Positions 30,266 through 41,025 of a stretch of DNA of 64,000 bases are shown piece by piece; the first letter of the stretch is position 1, and each line of letters starts with the position of its first letter. The DNA is from Methanomassiliicoccaceae archaeon. Its GTDB lineage: Archaea; Thermoplasmatota; Thermoplasmata; Methanomassiliicoccales; Methanomassiliicoccaceae. A program made the position numbers and the translations under genes. The notes beneath the pieces are model-generated. The model was not told the origin of the DNA, made no database searches, and was given only the letters and a program-made list of their open reading frames with translations. The stretch is from positions 288,001 to 352,000 of the forward strand of contig JAXGZN010000002.1 of the NCBI GenBank assembly GCA_040776945.1, given 5' to 3'.

Positions 30266-32011
30266 TTGACTGTAACTCAATCACGCCAGCATAAAATATT
30301 TTTAATGATATCATTCATCTTGGCTATAATTTCACTGATGGTCGAATCACTAAGTCTTCCAGTAACCCACTATGAAATTTCTATTTATTCTGGTATGAGC
30401 TGGACTTTTTGGTTTCTTATTTTCGCCTCAATGGCAATTGGTTTGATTGTGTTGTTTGACACTTATTTGAAAGGTAGCTCTTTGTGGTTGATTTCATTTA
30501 TTTTAATATTATTTAATATCTTCATATTGGTCATACTTCCTTATCTACGAGGCTACTATTATTTTGGTGGGGAGGATTCCTTGGTTCATATGGGGACAAT
30601 TCGCCTCATTGTAGAGGAAGGACATATGCCTATTGACTCTATCGCTGCTTTCTACCCATTAATGCATTACCAAGGATCGTTTCTTCAGATAATCTTAAAT
30701 TTACCATTAAACACAATTCCATATCTCGGCATATTCTTATATATCCTAATTTATTCATTATCATACATTATCTTATCAAGATTATTAACGCCTTCAAATG
30801 CTGGAAGGGGTCTTATCATAGTTCTTGGGTTGTTACCCATATTTGGCCTAGATACTATGAATTATTCCCCATTCGTACGGGCAATACTACTCATTCCCAT
30901 TATTATGTATCTATTCTTAAAGACGAGAAGTAATATCCACAGGTTAGAGTTCTCGTTAATCTTGCTTATCGTATTGTTATCTCTTCCTCTATTGCATCCC
31001 CTGGTAAGCATATTTTTATTCATATTGATTCTTGGATTGATTATCTCTGAACAAATCAATATTCACTTAGGTCTATTACCTCGATTGAGCATAGATCAAA
31101 AAAGTTCCAACTGGACCATTTTGATGATAGTAATCATCTCTACATTTGCATGGATTTCTCAATTCCTGTACTTTAGATATGTCGCGAATAAAATTATCGA
31201 CAACATCTTCTATGCAAATGGCCAATCTTTAGCAAAAACATACACATCAATTACTACTATTGTCCAGCCACTAGATTTACTATATTATATTCTAATAAAC
31301 TATGGTTCGTATATAATTTTATCAGTTATATCCATACACATATTCCTTTATCACATTTTTCCACTAGCGTCTAGAAGGAAATCATGGAATCCCATTCTAC
31401 TTTCCCTCTTTATCATAGCAACCATTTTTTTCTTACTGTCTAGTGTTCTCTTTATCCTGGACTTTTTGGTCGGACCTAGAACATTGAGCATCCTAGGAAT
31501 TATCCTCATATCTATCTGTGGTTTGGGCTTTTATTATTCCAGACGTAGGCAGCGGACATTAATTGTAGCCTTATTGATCATTTTAATGTTAATTCCTTCG
31601 ATATCCACTTTTTATTCATCGCCCGTATCGAAGGGAGTTGGGTGGCATTATACTGAGATGGACTTAGTTGGTGATCAGTGGGCAATTTCATCCTCAGAAT
31701 CCAACTATTTCTTATGCAATTATCGGATATGGGCTTCTTCGCAATATCTTGGCCTCAATGCGTCAATTGCGTCGACAGATATTCAGCCTCATTTTAATTT
31801 TGATGAATTATTTGAAAATCAAGATATCTCTCATGATTTGATAATTATTGACGAAAAAATGAAGGAGTCCTACCCGACACTGTTTCCAAATTATGAGAGC
31901 TATTGGAAATATTCAAAGAATGATTTTGATAATTTAATAAGAAGAGGGGACCTATCACGCGCCTATATCAATGGAGATAAACAAATATATCTAATCAACA
32001 TGCCGGTATGA
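30266..32011 (+). CDS. Polytopic membrane protein, GT-C/Wzy-like
   Basis: About 13 TM segments; 'GEDSLVHMG..YPLMH' first-loop motif; located in a glycan locus. Confidence 0.65.
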   Translation: MTVTQSRQHKIFLMISFILAIISLMVESLSLPVTHYEISIYSGMSWTFWFLIFASMAIGLIVLFDTYLKGSSLWLISFILILFNIFILVILPYLRGYYYFGGEDSLVHMGTIRLIVEEGHMPIDSIAAFYPLMHYQGSFLQIILNLPLNTIPYLGIFLYILIYSLSYIILSRLLTPSNAGRGLIIVLGLLPIFGLDTMNYSPFVRAILLIPIIMYLFLKTRSNIHRLEFSLILLIVLLSLPLLHPLVSIFLFILILGLIISEQINIHLGLLPRLSIDQKSSNWTILMIVIISTFAWISQFLYFRYVANKIIDNIFYANGQSLAKTYTSITTIVQPLDLLYYILINYGSYIILSVISIHIFLYHIFPLASRRKSWNPILLSLFIIATIFFLLSSVLFILDFLVGPRTLSILGIILISICGLGFYYSRRRQRTLIVALLIILMLIPSISTFYSSPVSKGVGWHYTEMDLVGDQWAISSSESNYFLCNYRIWASSQYLGLNASIASTDIQPHFNFDELFENQDISHDLIIIDEKMKESYPTLFPNYESYWKYSKNDFDNLIRRGDLSRAYINGDKQIYLINMPV

Positions 32012-32926
32012 TGCTATTGCCCGTTCCAAGACTTCCTTATAACGATGATTTACTGGGTTAATTATGAATGCGAGTGCCATTCGAGATACCATATTTATCA
32101 AATCTCTTCTTTGATAGAAAAATGAACTCTCGTTCAGATTGAGGTTTGATTCAGCTCTTAGAAGATGGATCAATCTTATACGGGGTTTTGATGTTCGGTA
32201 TTCCCTTCTTATTCTACGCCTTATTTCTCTTTCCATTGAAAGATTAAGTATTCTGTCGCTTGAAAGACATCGATGATTGCTACCTCGTCTAATCATTACC
32301 AACGGTTTATGAATTTCATATAGGTCATAGTCGTGTGAAAGCCTTAAATGATGCTCGCAATCTGCCGAGGTAGGTAAGTCTTCACTAAATAACATGTCAC
32401 CCCTCACATGTCTTCTCCTAAACATAACGGATGTATTTGGAATAAAATTATGGCATTCCGAAAAAATTTTATAAAATATCTCTTTTCCAGGTATCCTACC
32501 TGCTCGCAATCCGCCCCAAATCCTAAACGGTTGATCAAAATCATCAAGGAAATATGCTTGACTATATACCATCTCTATATCGTGGTTATCTAACAAGACT
32601 CGTACTTCTTCTTCTATCCTAGATGGCAGTGATAGGTCGTCAGCGTCTTGAAAGCATAGGAACTCTCCTTTTGCAGCTCGGTATGCTTGGTTATATGCTG
32701 CAGCATATCCCACACCCGTTTGTTTAAAGTATTTTACTCTATTATCTGATTTGTATTTACTAACAATATTTTGAGTGTCGTCTTCCGGTCCATATTCTTT
32801 ATGGACAATAATGATCTCAACATTTGAATAAGTTTGAGATAATATCGATTCAATCGCTCCGAGGATATATTTTTCATTATTAAACGTCGGTATTAAAACA
32901 CTAACAAGCGGGTAATAATCATTCAT
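31991..32926 (-). CDS. Glycosyltransferase family 2
   Basis: VSVLIPTFN, SILSQTY, FQDADD. Confidence 0.92.
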   Translation of the reverse strand: MNDYYPLVSVLIPTFNNEKYILGAIESILSQTYSNVEIIIVHKEYGPEDDTQNIVSKYKSDNRVKYFKQTGVGYAAAYNQAYRAAKGEFLCFQDADDLSLPSRIEEEVRVLLDNHDIEMVYSQAYFLDDFDQPFRIWGGLRAGRIPGKEIFYKIFSECHNFIPNTSVMFRRRHVRGDMLFSEDLPTSADCEHHLRLSHDYDLYEIHKPLVMIRRGSNHRCLSSDRILNLSMEREIRRRIRREYRTSKPRIRLIHLLRAESNLNLNESSFFYQRRDLINMVSRMALAFIINPVNHRYKEVLERAIASYRHVD

Positions 32927-33068
32927 GTTTCTTAGCTCAATTTTTTACGGAGATATGGTTATAAAATATTTGATTTTGTTGACCCGAGATATGGTATCTC
33001 AATCAAATGATCATTACCTCTGGTAGGTAAGTTTATACTGATTAACTCGTTTCCTCCTAACAGATAAT

Positions 33069-33677
33069 ATGGGCCATTCATTAAACGATGCATTAATTTC
33101 TCTCACATCCCTGATACATAAAAAGAGAACGATTATCCCCCGTGGGGTCAAAATTTGAAAAGACGTTCATATAGGGTATTCGGTCGAATTTGATCACGCT
33201 AATAAAGGGAGATTGATTACTATCTGTGACGAAGTAACAATTTCTAATGGGGTAAAAATTATCTGTCATGATGCATCATGCAATCGCAGAATCCATGCAA
33301 CATATGTTGCTCCAGTACTGATAGGTAAAGGCTCTTTTATCGGTGCTGGCTCTATTATCCTTCCAGGAGTTGTAATAGGACCTAATTCGGTCATTGGAGC
33401 AGGTTCTGTGGTAACTCGAGACGTTCCTGAGGGAAAAGTTGTCGTGGGTTCACCTGCTCATGTAATTGGAGACACATTGAGTCTTGATAAAAAAAGAATG
33501 GAGCAAATGGAGAAACTGAAGGTCTTTGATTGGAATATATATGGTGACCACATACTAGACGAAGAAAGATCTATCGAGTTGTATAATATCGCTGGAACTG
33601 AAAAAGGATACTTTATTGCTGAACCACACGTTGTTGCTCATTTTAAGAAAGAAAAAGATGTAACACTATCAGATTAG
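33069..33677 (+). pseudogene. Hexapeptide-repeat (LbH) O-acyltransferase with premature TGA at 33156-33158
   Basis: ...PRGVKI*KDVHIG...FIGAGSIILPGV.IG..SVIGAGSVVTRDVP; GGA>TGA explains the break. Confidence 0.8.
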
Positions 33678-33707
33678 ACTTGAAATGCATCTTCGGGAAG
33701 GAATAAA

Positions 33708-34436
33708 ATGAATAGTGACGTCTCAGATGTTGTGCCACAATATTTCAATGAAACTTCAAAATATAAAAACCGTAAGGGATTAAGGAATCCTGAGGACAAA
33801 ATCGCCCTGGATTATTTACTATCGAGGTGTAACAATACTAGTCGAGTGTTGGAAGTTGGAGGGGGGAGCGGAGCATTCCTAGACATTGTTCTTCAAAACA
33901 CCTCTGTAGATAGGGCAGTAAATTGTGAAATTGCAGCCGAAGCATATCGCGAACAAGCTAATTCACAGATTATTCTTGTCGAAGGATCCGTACTGAATTT
34001 ACCCTTTGAAAATGAATCATTTGATTGGATTGTAATGAAGAATGTCCTCCACCACCTAGTTGGAGAAACAGTGGATGATTCTAAGAGGAATGTCGAAAGA
34101 GCTTTATCTGAGCTTTCAAGGGTTAAAAGTGAAAAAGGTCATGTGGTAATAATCGAACAATACAACAAATATCGTCCATTTAGCATGATGATATTTTACT
34201 TAACAAAATTCCTTAGTATGGCTGGAATTGGATTGAATTTTTTTGAGTGCGAGAAAAATGTGATAGTCTCTTTTTTAACGCCGTTGGAAATTATAACCTG
34301 GACAAAGAAGATATTCAGTAAGTCAGAAATAGAATATGAGATACGGCCGCTTGCTGTTCGAAGGCGATTTAAGTATACTCTCTTAATGTCTAAGGTTGGT
34401 AATGTTGTGGCTTTCATCTCGCCATCAAACCAATGA
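33708..34436 (+). CDS. Class I SAM-dependent methyltransferase
   Basis: VLEVGGGSG, LPFENESFD, VLHHL. Confidence 0.88.
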   Translation: MNSDVSDVVPQYFNETSKYKNRKGLRNPEDKIALDYLLSRCNNTSRVLEVGGGSGAFLDIVLQNTSVDRAVNCEIAAEAYREQANSQIILVEGSVLNLPFENESFDWIVMKNVLHHLVGETVDDSKRNVERALSELSRVKSEKGHVVIIEQYNKYRPFSMMIFYLTKFLSMAGIGLNFFECEKNVIVSFLTPLEIITWTKKIFSKSEIEYEIRPLAVRRRFKYTLLMSKVGNVVAFISPSNQ

Positions 34437-34465
34437 TCAAGGGGAAGATGTTAGGGCACTTATGA

Positions 34466-36128
34466 CTTGACTTTGACAATGGGCTGAATTAAATATATCT
34501 CGTTTTGAACTAGACGATCGCGCTGACCTCCGCTGGAAAGCGGAGGCATGAGAAGGATTAAACGTGTCCTCAACCTCGTCTGAATTGTGTGGAAACAAAC
34601 CAAGCTGAGGACGTTCAAGCTCACGCCGAACGACAATAAATCATTTTCCATCGGCACCTCACTGATGGTCGACGATTGGTATGAATGCCTCGAACTGCCG
34701 GTCGTCATCGGCCGGCACAATGAGCGAGACGTCTCGCTCGACGCGTTGGTCCGAGGGACGCTCGCCTACAAGTTAGGAGATAACTTCTCAATCCTTCGAG
34801 CAGGCGAGTGGCTGATCCGCGAGGAAGTGCGTGAGCATTACGAGCTCAGGGAGTTCAACGTCAAGACGCTGTACCGCGCCATAGAGACGCTCGGCCAGAA
34901 TCGTGAATCGATAGTTCGAGAGCTTCAGGACCGTGTCTTGAAGCTGCTGAACTTGGAGACGACGGACGTGCTGATGGACTGGACCTCCATCCTGTACTAT
35001 GGCGATATGGCGAAGCTCGCCAAGTTCGGATACTCTCGCGACCATCGTCCGGACAAGAGGCAGGTGACGCTCGGGATCGCTTAACTAGCGCCGCCGGTGA
35101 GCGTGCCTATCTCGATGACCGTGGAACCGGGCAACGTGAACGACCAGGAGCACTTCCGACGCACTTACGATCAAGTGCGCAACGTGCTGAAAGATGGTTC
35201 GTTGATCGTCTTCGACAAGGGCGCGAATGACAAGAGGAACCTCGATGGCATTGCACTCGACCGGAACGACTACCTCACCTCGAAGAAGCTGAACTCCTCG
35301 GACGATGCCGTGTTCCAAACCTTCGACGCGAACGTCTGGGAGCTCGTTAACGAGGAAGATGGCGTCTACGCCTCGAAACGCGTGTTTCCATCGCGAGTGA
35401 ACTATTACTTCTTCTCTGAGAAGCTCAAGGAAGATTATCTTGCGTCTCGAAGACGCAAGGTCGAACGGCTCCTCCAGGAGGCACGCAGCACCCAGGACAG
35501 CCTGGATGACGGCATGGAGCTTCCGAAGCGGTTCCGGATCGACAATCCTCTCGTGAATGTGCGCTACGAGCATCAGACGAAGCTTGTTGGCATGGACGAG
35601 GAGGCGGCGCTCCGCTTCCTCCTTGACGAGGGCGTGGCCAGCCACGAAGGTTGTTTCGTTCTCACGTCCAGTCGAGATATGGCCGCGGCCGAGGCTCTAA
35701 AGATCTACCGCTCCAAGGACGCGGTGGAGAAGTTATTTCATTCGCTCAAGAGCGAGATCAAGGTTAGACCCCTCAGAGTATGGTCGCAGGACGCCGTGTA
35801 CGGCATCTTGCTCGTAGGCTTCATCGCTCAATTGATGATCTCCTTGACACGATATTTCGTTTCTCCAGTCAAGAGCGTGTCAACGAAGTTCATCTCGAAC
35901 TCGCTGCAAAAGTTGACAGTTACCTTCGTTTCGTCGAGCAACGGGCTCAGAAAGAAGATCTACTCGAACTTTGACTCGCTCAATCGAGCTGTTCTTTTCG
36001 AGTTCGTCGCGGAAACGTGACCGTTTCCGCCTCCGGACGTGGATCCGAAGGCGGTTTTAGACGGCCTCGGACGAAGCGTCAAAATCTAAAGATCTGTGAA
36101 AACGAGACGGTCAGTTGTCAAAGTTAAG
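34466..36128 (+). mobile_element. IS1634-family insertion sequence
   Basis: 14-bp TIRs CTTGACTTTGACAA / TTGTCAAAGTTAAG (1 mismatch); 6-bp TSD TTATGA at 34460-34465 and 36129-36134. Confidence 0.9.
34587..36020 (+). pseudogene. IS1634 DDE transposase with in-frame TAA at 35082-35084
   Basis: DWTS, GYSRDHRPD, GNVND, FDKG, 'YRSKDAVEKLFHSLK..RPLRVW'; both ORF halves are in the same frame. Confidence 0.88.
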
Positions 36129-36178
36129 TTATGATAGAGACATCTATCGGCATATTAGGGATTAATCCATCTGATCTT

Positions 36179-37414
36179 TTAACTTCTTTTTGGATTGAGG
36201 AATAAGATTGCCACGGCACATATTCCGTAGCTCAGTATCCACGCATATCCAATTCCAAGTATTCCTTGTGTTTCAATAAGATAATAGCTAAGACCAATTA
36301 AAAGGCAGAAATTTAATACGCCCATATAAATGATTTGCATCGAATCTTTTTTTATACGTGCAATTGAGATATATGTTTGATATATGATTAAGAGGAAGCT
36401 TGAAATGCCAAAGAGCAACAATAGCTCATAACCATTCTCTACAAATTCAGGACCCATCAGGCCGAGTAACCACTTGCCAAACAAGACATAACTAATGAAT
36501 GCCGGAGCTAGTAGGATATATGAAGTCACTATGGTTTTAAAAATGGTTCGTCGTAGGCCCTCTCCGTAACTTCCTTCAACAAATAATGAAGTACTGCAGG
36601 CAATAGGTATCATAAACATCATTGTTGCGAATGAGTACGTGATATAATACACGCCAGCAGATGGTGCACCCAATATGTTGAAAACAACAATTGGTAATGC
36701 CATTGTCGGAATAGTCATGAGCAAACCAGAAAGATAATTAGCGGTAGAGAAATGAAGAGAATATCGAATATACTCAACATCTATAGATACTATCTTTATC
36801 CGCAATATATATAGAATAATTATTGAAAAAACAACCGAAATAAAATAAGCGGCAAGATATGAAATAAATAACGCAATAATTCCGACGGATATTAGTGGAA
36901 TGATAAAAATTAATCTAGAGCCAATTAAAATTGTTTGGATAGCACTATATTGAGATTTCCTGGCTGCAATAAAAGCGCTACTAGCGGACGAAGCGATTGA
37001 TGTAATGCTAAGGTAAATTAAAAAGAGCAACTCCTCATCCATCGAAGAAAATAAGTTTGGTGAAAAAAAGTCGATGCCTAGAATGAATATTGTTCCAGTA
37101 AATACTGCACAGATGGTGGAAATAAATACTGTCGTACTGAATATTTTCGATTGATCCCCATCAGGGAAGAATCGAATCATAGAATGTTCCATCCCTAATC
37201 GTGTTATTGTAATAATTAGGGCGGCTGCAGATACAAGGGCTGTTGTTCTCCCTATCTCTTCTTGGGAATAAAACATCGCAGCTACTACCCAAAAGGCAAG
37301 ACCAAGAATAGCTGCAAGGAGTTGGGAAATCAAAATGAACATGGAGCTTTTATAGAATGAGTCATTGATGATCTTACTAATATCATCAATATGAAATTTC
37401 TTTAATTTGTTCAT
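36179..37414 (-). CDS. Oligosaccharide flippase (Wzx/MOP family)
   Basis: About 12 TM segments; 'LGLAFWVVAA.FYS.EEIG', 'GILGIGYAW'. Confidence 0.85.
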   Translation of the reverse strand: MNKLKKFHIDDISKIINDSFYKSSMFILISQLLAAILGLAFWVVAAMFYSQEEIGRTTALVSAAALIITITRLGMEHSMIRFFPDGDQSKIFSTTVFISTICAVFTGTIFILGIDFFSPNLFSSMDEELLFLIYLSITSIASSASSAFIAARKSQYSAIQTILIGSRLIFIIPLISVGIIALFISYLAAYFISVVFSIIILYILRIKIVSIDVEYIRYSLHFSTANYLSGLLMTIPTMALPIVVFNILGAPSAGVYYITYSFATMMFMIPIACSTSLFVEGSYGEGLRRTIFKTIVTSYILLAPAFISYVLFGKWLLGLMGPEFVENGYELLLLFGISSFLLIIYQTYISIARIKKDSMQIIYMGVLNFCLLIGLSYYLIETQGILGIGYAWILSYGICAVAILFLNPKRS

Positions 37415-37641
37415 TCCAGCTCGAATGAACTCTGCATTAATCCCAAAGTCACGCAATGATTCTACCAGTATATTCGCCCTTATTATTTTTCCTATAAGGA
37501 TGCTACTTCTGTTCTAGCTCCATGAACAATCAACCTCTTGTTTGTATATCAAGAATTATCGAAGTTTAAATGTCAAAGAAGCCTCCTATCTCTCAAGGAA
37601 GGGCACCGTGCTGATGCGGGCGACTTACTCGCTTCAAGAGC

Positions 37642-38451
37642 TCATGAGTTGGTTATCTCGAGCATATTTTCTTTACCCAATCTGCGCTTATGCCTGTCCT
37701 TGATGATGAATCCGGCGAGGTCGTCATGTGGAGACTCACTATTGATGGCATGAAGGATGATCACATCATCCGAAGTGTCGCTGGGATAATGGGTGTAGTA
37801 TGAGAAGCCTGCGCTCTCGAACCTCTTGAGCATCTCTGAGAACGGCTTACCAACATCGTGAATCTCCATTTCAATGCGACGTATCTTTTTCAGCTCTACA
37901 GCAGATATGTTCCACTCAGCACCCTCACAATCGCACTTTAGAAAATCGCATCTTCCTGCTTGTTTAATGAGATCAGTTAAGCTCCTGGTCTTTATCCGAA
38001 CCCTTTCGGTCATCCAGCATACCTCTTGCACCTCGCCATCACCCAGGGCATCAGGAATGACGGTTACGTTTTCGATTCCATTCAACGCTATCTGGTCCTT
38101 TATATCATCGACAAAGATAGGTTCGACGGAGAATACATGTGAAGAGAGCCTTGATGCAGGGAGGGAAAAACCGCCTATGCATCCACCGATGTCGATGACG
38201 ATATCATTTTTCTTTATATCATCCATTACGTAGTCATCAAAGACTTGGTTGACCGTGTTCAGCATCGGATGGAACCTATATTTTATTCCCTCATTAGTCA
38301 CGGCGTAATCGAACAACTTTTGGTTGATTCGGACATTGATGATATCTGTGGGATAAGGAGGGCTTATTTTCTCAACTAAATAATTTAAGATTCTGGTATA
38401 GTAATCAAACCTCCCCTTTAACGACATCAGAGGCCGATAATGATATCGCAT
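37642..38451 (-). CDS. FkbM family methyltransferase
   Basis: VIDIGGCIG, VEP, 'DFLKCDCEGAE', MEIH. Confidence 0.85.
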   Translation of the reverse strand: MRYHYRPLMSLKGRFDYYTRILNYLVEKISPPYPTDIINVRINQKLFDYAVTNEGIKYRFHPMLNTVNQVFDDYVMDDIKKNDIVIDIGGCIGGFSLPASRLSSHVFSVEPIFVDDIKDQIALNGIENVTVIPDALGDGEVQEVCWMTERVRIKTRSLTDLIKQAGRCDFLKCDCEGAEWNISAVELKKIRRIEMEIHDVGKPFSEMLKRFESAGFSYYTHYPSDTSDDVIILHAINSESPHDDLAGFIIKDRHKRRLGKENMLEITNS

Positions 38452-38513
38452 GAATAAAACTTTCTTAATTGAGAGCCATTAAACATTATGGGTCTCTTTT
38501 TCTTTCATTCTTG

Positions 38514-39157
38514 TCATTGAATGTTCTTGAGGGCGGCGTAGGCCACCGCCGCCCCGCTCAAGATGTCGTGCACCTCGTTGTACACGGGGGACAGGGAGGC
38601 GATGTAGTATCGGCCATTGGGCTGCCCGGAGAGCTCCTTGACCTTCTCCACGAACCCCGGGCCGTAGACGGTGTCCTCCGGTCGCCGGGGACCACGCCCA
38701 CATGACGTGGGCGCGGTATAGATCGAGTAACAGAGGGACAGAAGCCATCTCCGATTCCACGATGCTGTCGGAGCGGACGTCCTGCTCGTCGAAGGTCATG
38801 AAGGCGTCCCAGCGCGTCCCTACGGCTTCATTGAAGGAGCTTGGTCAACATATGGCCTTGGCCGGGAAAATGACGAGAATGGCCGTTTCTGGGGCTCAGG
38901 CAGACGATGGTGAGAACCCAGGTAGGCGCTATCGATCAATCTCGACTAGGCCGGCAGTGTACGCCCTCCATTGCTGCGTTGGGCCGGCCCGACAGTTTAT
39001 CATGGAAGCGTCGTCGGCGCTCGCCATGGATTGTTAGGGCGTAAATGGGTACAGCATGAAGCCGATGGTGAACCGAACAAGATGTGGTCATCGCGGGCCT
39101 TCTCAACGCCCGTGGGTCGAGAGCGCCAATTCCCAATATTCCACCTAGATGGTACAT
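38514..39157 (-). pseudogene. Heavily frameshifted gene remnant, family unclear
   Basis: GC3-biased fragments 'TRWDAFMTFDEQDV' and 'EDTVYGPGFVEKVKELSGQPNGRYYIASLSPVYNEVHDIL' in different frames. Confidence 0.35.
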
Positions 39158-39618
39158 GACGGGTCCGGGTCGTCAAGGGGCCCTACCGGGTCCTCCACTC
39201 CATTTGGCTCCAATCGGTCCCGGCTCCCGGAGGTTTTTCAATTATTTTCACCCGCTTCATGAACCAACAGGGTGGTTTCAGAGGTATTATCGAAAAGGAC
39301 GAAAACCTGGGACGAACGAGCATCTAGCCACGATAGGATCCAAGATATGAGAACCTGTGATAGACGCGACGGCTGAAGAGGAACAACTAGGAATGATCGC
39401 GGGCAAAGGCAAGCGATCGCCATGACGGCAGGGTGATAAAAGAAAAGGGCGGGAACTCGCTCCCGGAGGGGATGTCGGCCCGGCAACCTCACAGCCTGAA
39501 GATGGACACGTCAATGGCGATGCGGGGACTCGTGACCTGCAGCCGTAAAAAAAGACCATCGGGCTAAAAACGTGGCATTCGTTACCTAAAGTAACAACAC
39601 AAAAGGAAGGAATGCCGC

Positions 39619-40624
39619 ATGAAATACTCTAGTTAGATAGATAAAGATAGCACGACCGCCTGCGCGGTCAGCGCAGGCGGGAAGGCCGTGATGAGCGCCG
39701 AGGTCACCACCGACGCTGCCGGCCTCAGCGAACTGCACGCGCGAATGAACGGATCGAAGTACGTGGTGATGATGGAATCGAGCACCTACTCCTACGTCGT
39801 CTACCGGTTCTTCTCAAAGCTCGGGATGGAGACGCACGTGGTCCACGCTCGCAGCCTCAAGATGATAACCGAAACAGACAAGAAGACCGATCTCCTGGAC
39901 GCCGAGCGGATCGCTCGCGTCTTGAGATTGTGGAAGCTCGGGGAGATCGAGCTGTCGATGTCGTACTTTCCTACGGAGAAGGAAGCGGAGCTGAAAGACC
40001 TGTGCCGGTTCAAGGAAGAATTATCGAACAAGCTGGGAGACGAGGTGCGGCAAATTCGTTCGCACATGAGCCGCAACTGTCTTGAGCTTCCGTCCGAATT
40101 CCAAAACCTCTCGACCAAGAGGTCCAGGGACTTCATCGTCAGGATGTACGCGAGCGATTACACTTTGATGAGGCGAGTGGAAGTTTACTCCGCGCTCCTG
40201 GACGAATCGGAGTTGGTGGCCAGGGAGATCGAGCGTCGAGGTAACGATGATAGGAACGTCACATTGCTTGAGTCTATTCCGGGCATCGGACGGCAGACCG
40301 CCGTCCAGCTGATGTCGATGATCGTGGATATCGCTCGCTTCGACGATCCTGAACGACTGTGCGCGTACTTCGGGATGGTGCCTCGCGTGCGTGACTCGGG
40401 AGGCAGGGAGCATCACGATCGAATGACGATCGAGGGCAACATGATGCGCTTCATCATGGAGCGCGTGACTCTCTCGCACATCCGGTTCTGCGATTCGACG
40501 ATAACCGCTTATTTCCGAAGGAAGTCGAAGGAGATGGGAGTAAAGAAGGCGCTCATGTCCTCGAGGTAAGATGCTGACCGTGATACACGCGGTGCTCCGG
40601 CGAGGCACGCCGTTCACCGCCTGA
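39619..40624 (+). mobile_element. IS110-family recombinase/transposase, degenerate
   Basis: MES, KTD..DA, LESIPGIG, YFGMVPRVRDSGG; N-terminal GLD motif broken by TAG at 39634; frameshift at about 40567 before 'KMLTVIHAVLRRGTPF'. Confidence 0.85.
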
Positions 40625-41025
40625 GCGATCTCAGGTGGTTCAACGTTCGATGACCACGGGCCGACATGAGGACGAGGACCGAGGACGATGCCGTCGATTA
40701 TTTTTACGGATGATGCCGCCTCAAAAAATCACGGAGACGTCCGAAGGTCCATACCTGGAATGTCATTCTGCGGATCTTGCCGCCCAAGTAAATTAGGTTG
40801 CTCCTGAACGTCGGAGACGCGCTCACGGACGAGCTGCTCAGCGGAAGCTATTAAGAACGAGCGTCACAATTCAGTAAAAGCCGCACTTTTAGCCAAAGTA
40901 AGAAAGGAGAGGCATCTCCACACGCGGAGACCTCTTTTAACAAAAGGTGATAAAAAGTGGTTGAAGGGATACCACTATAGGCGAGGGACCCCCTCAATAT
41001 GGAAGGAAAATGGTTTTTTTCTTAT

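Noticed and set aside
33156-33158. Selenocysteine at the in-frame TGA
   Set aside because: The position corresponds to the Gly of a hexapeptide repeat, not a Cys
37642-37730. FkbM C-terminal tail resembling a GT4 C-terminus
   Set aside because: Similarity is too short to support by eye
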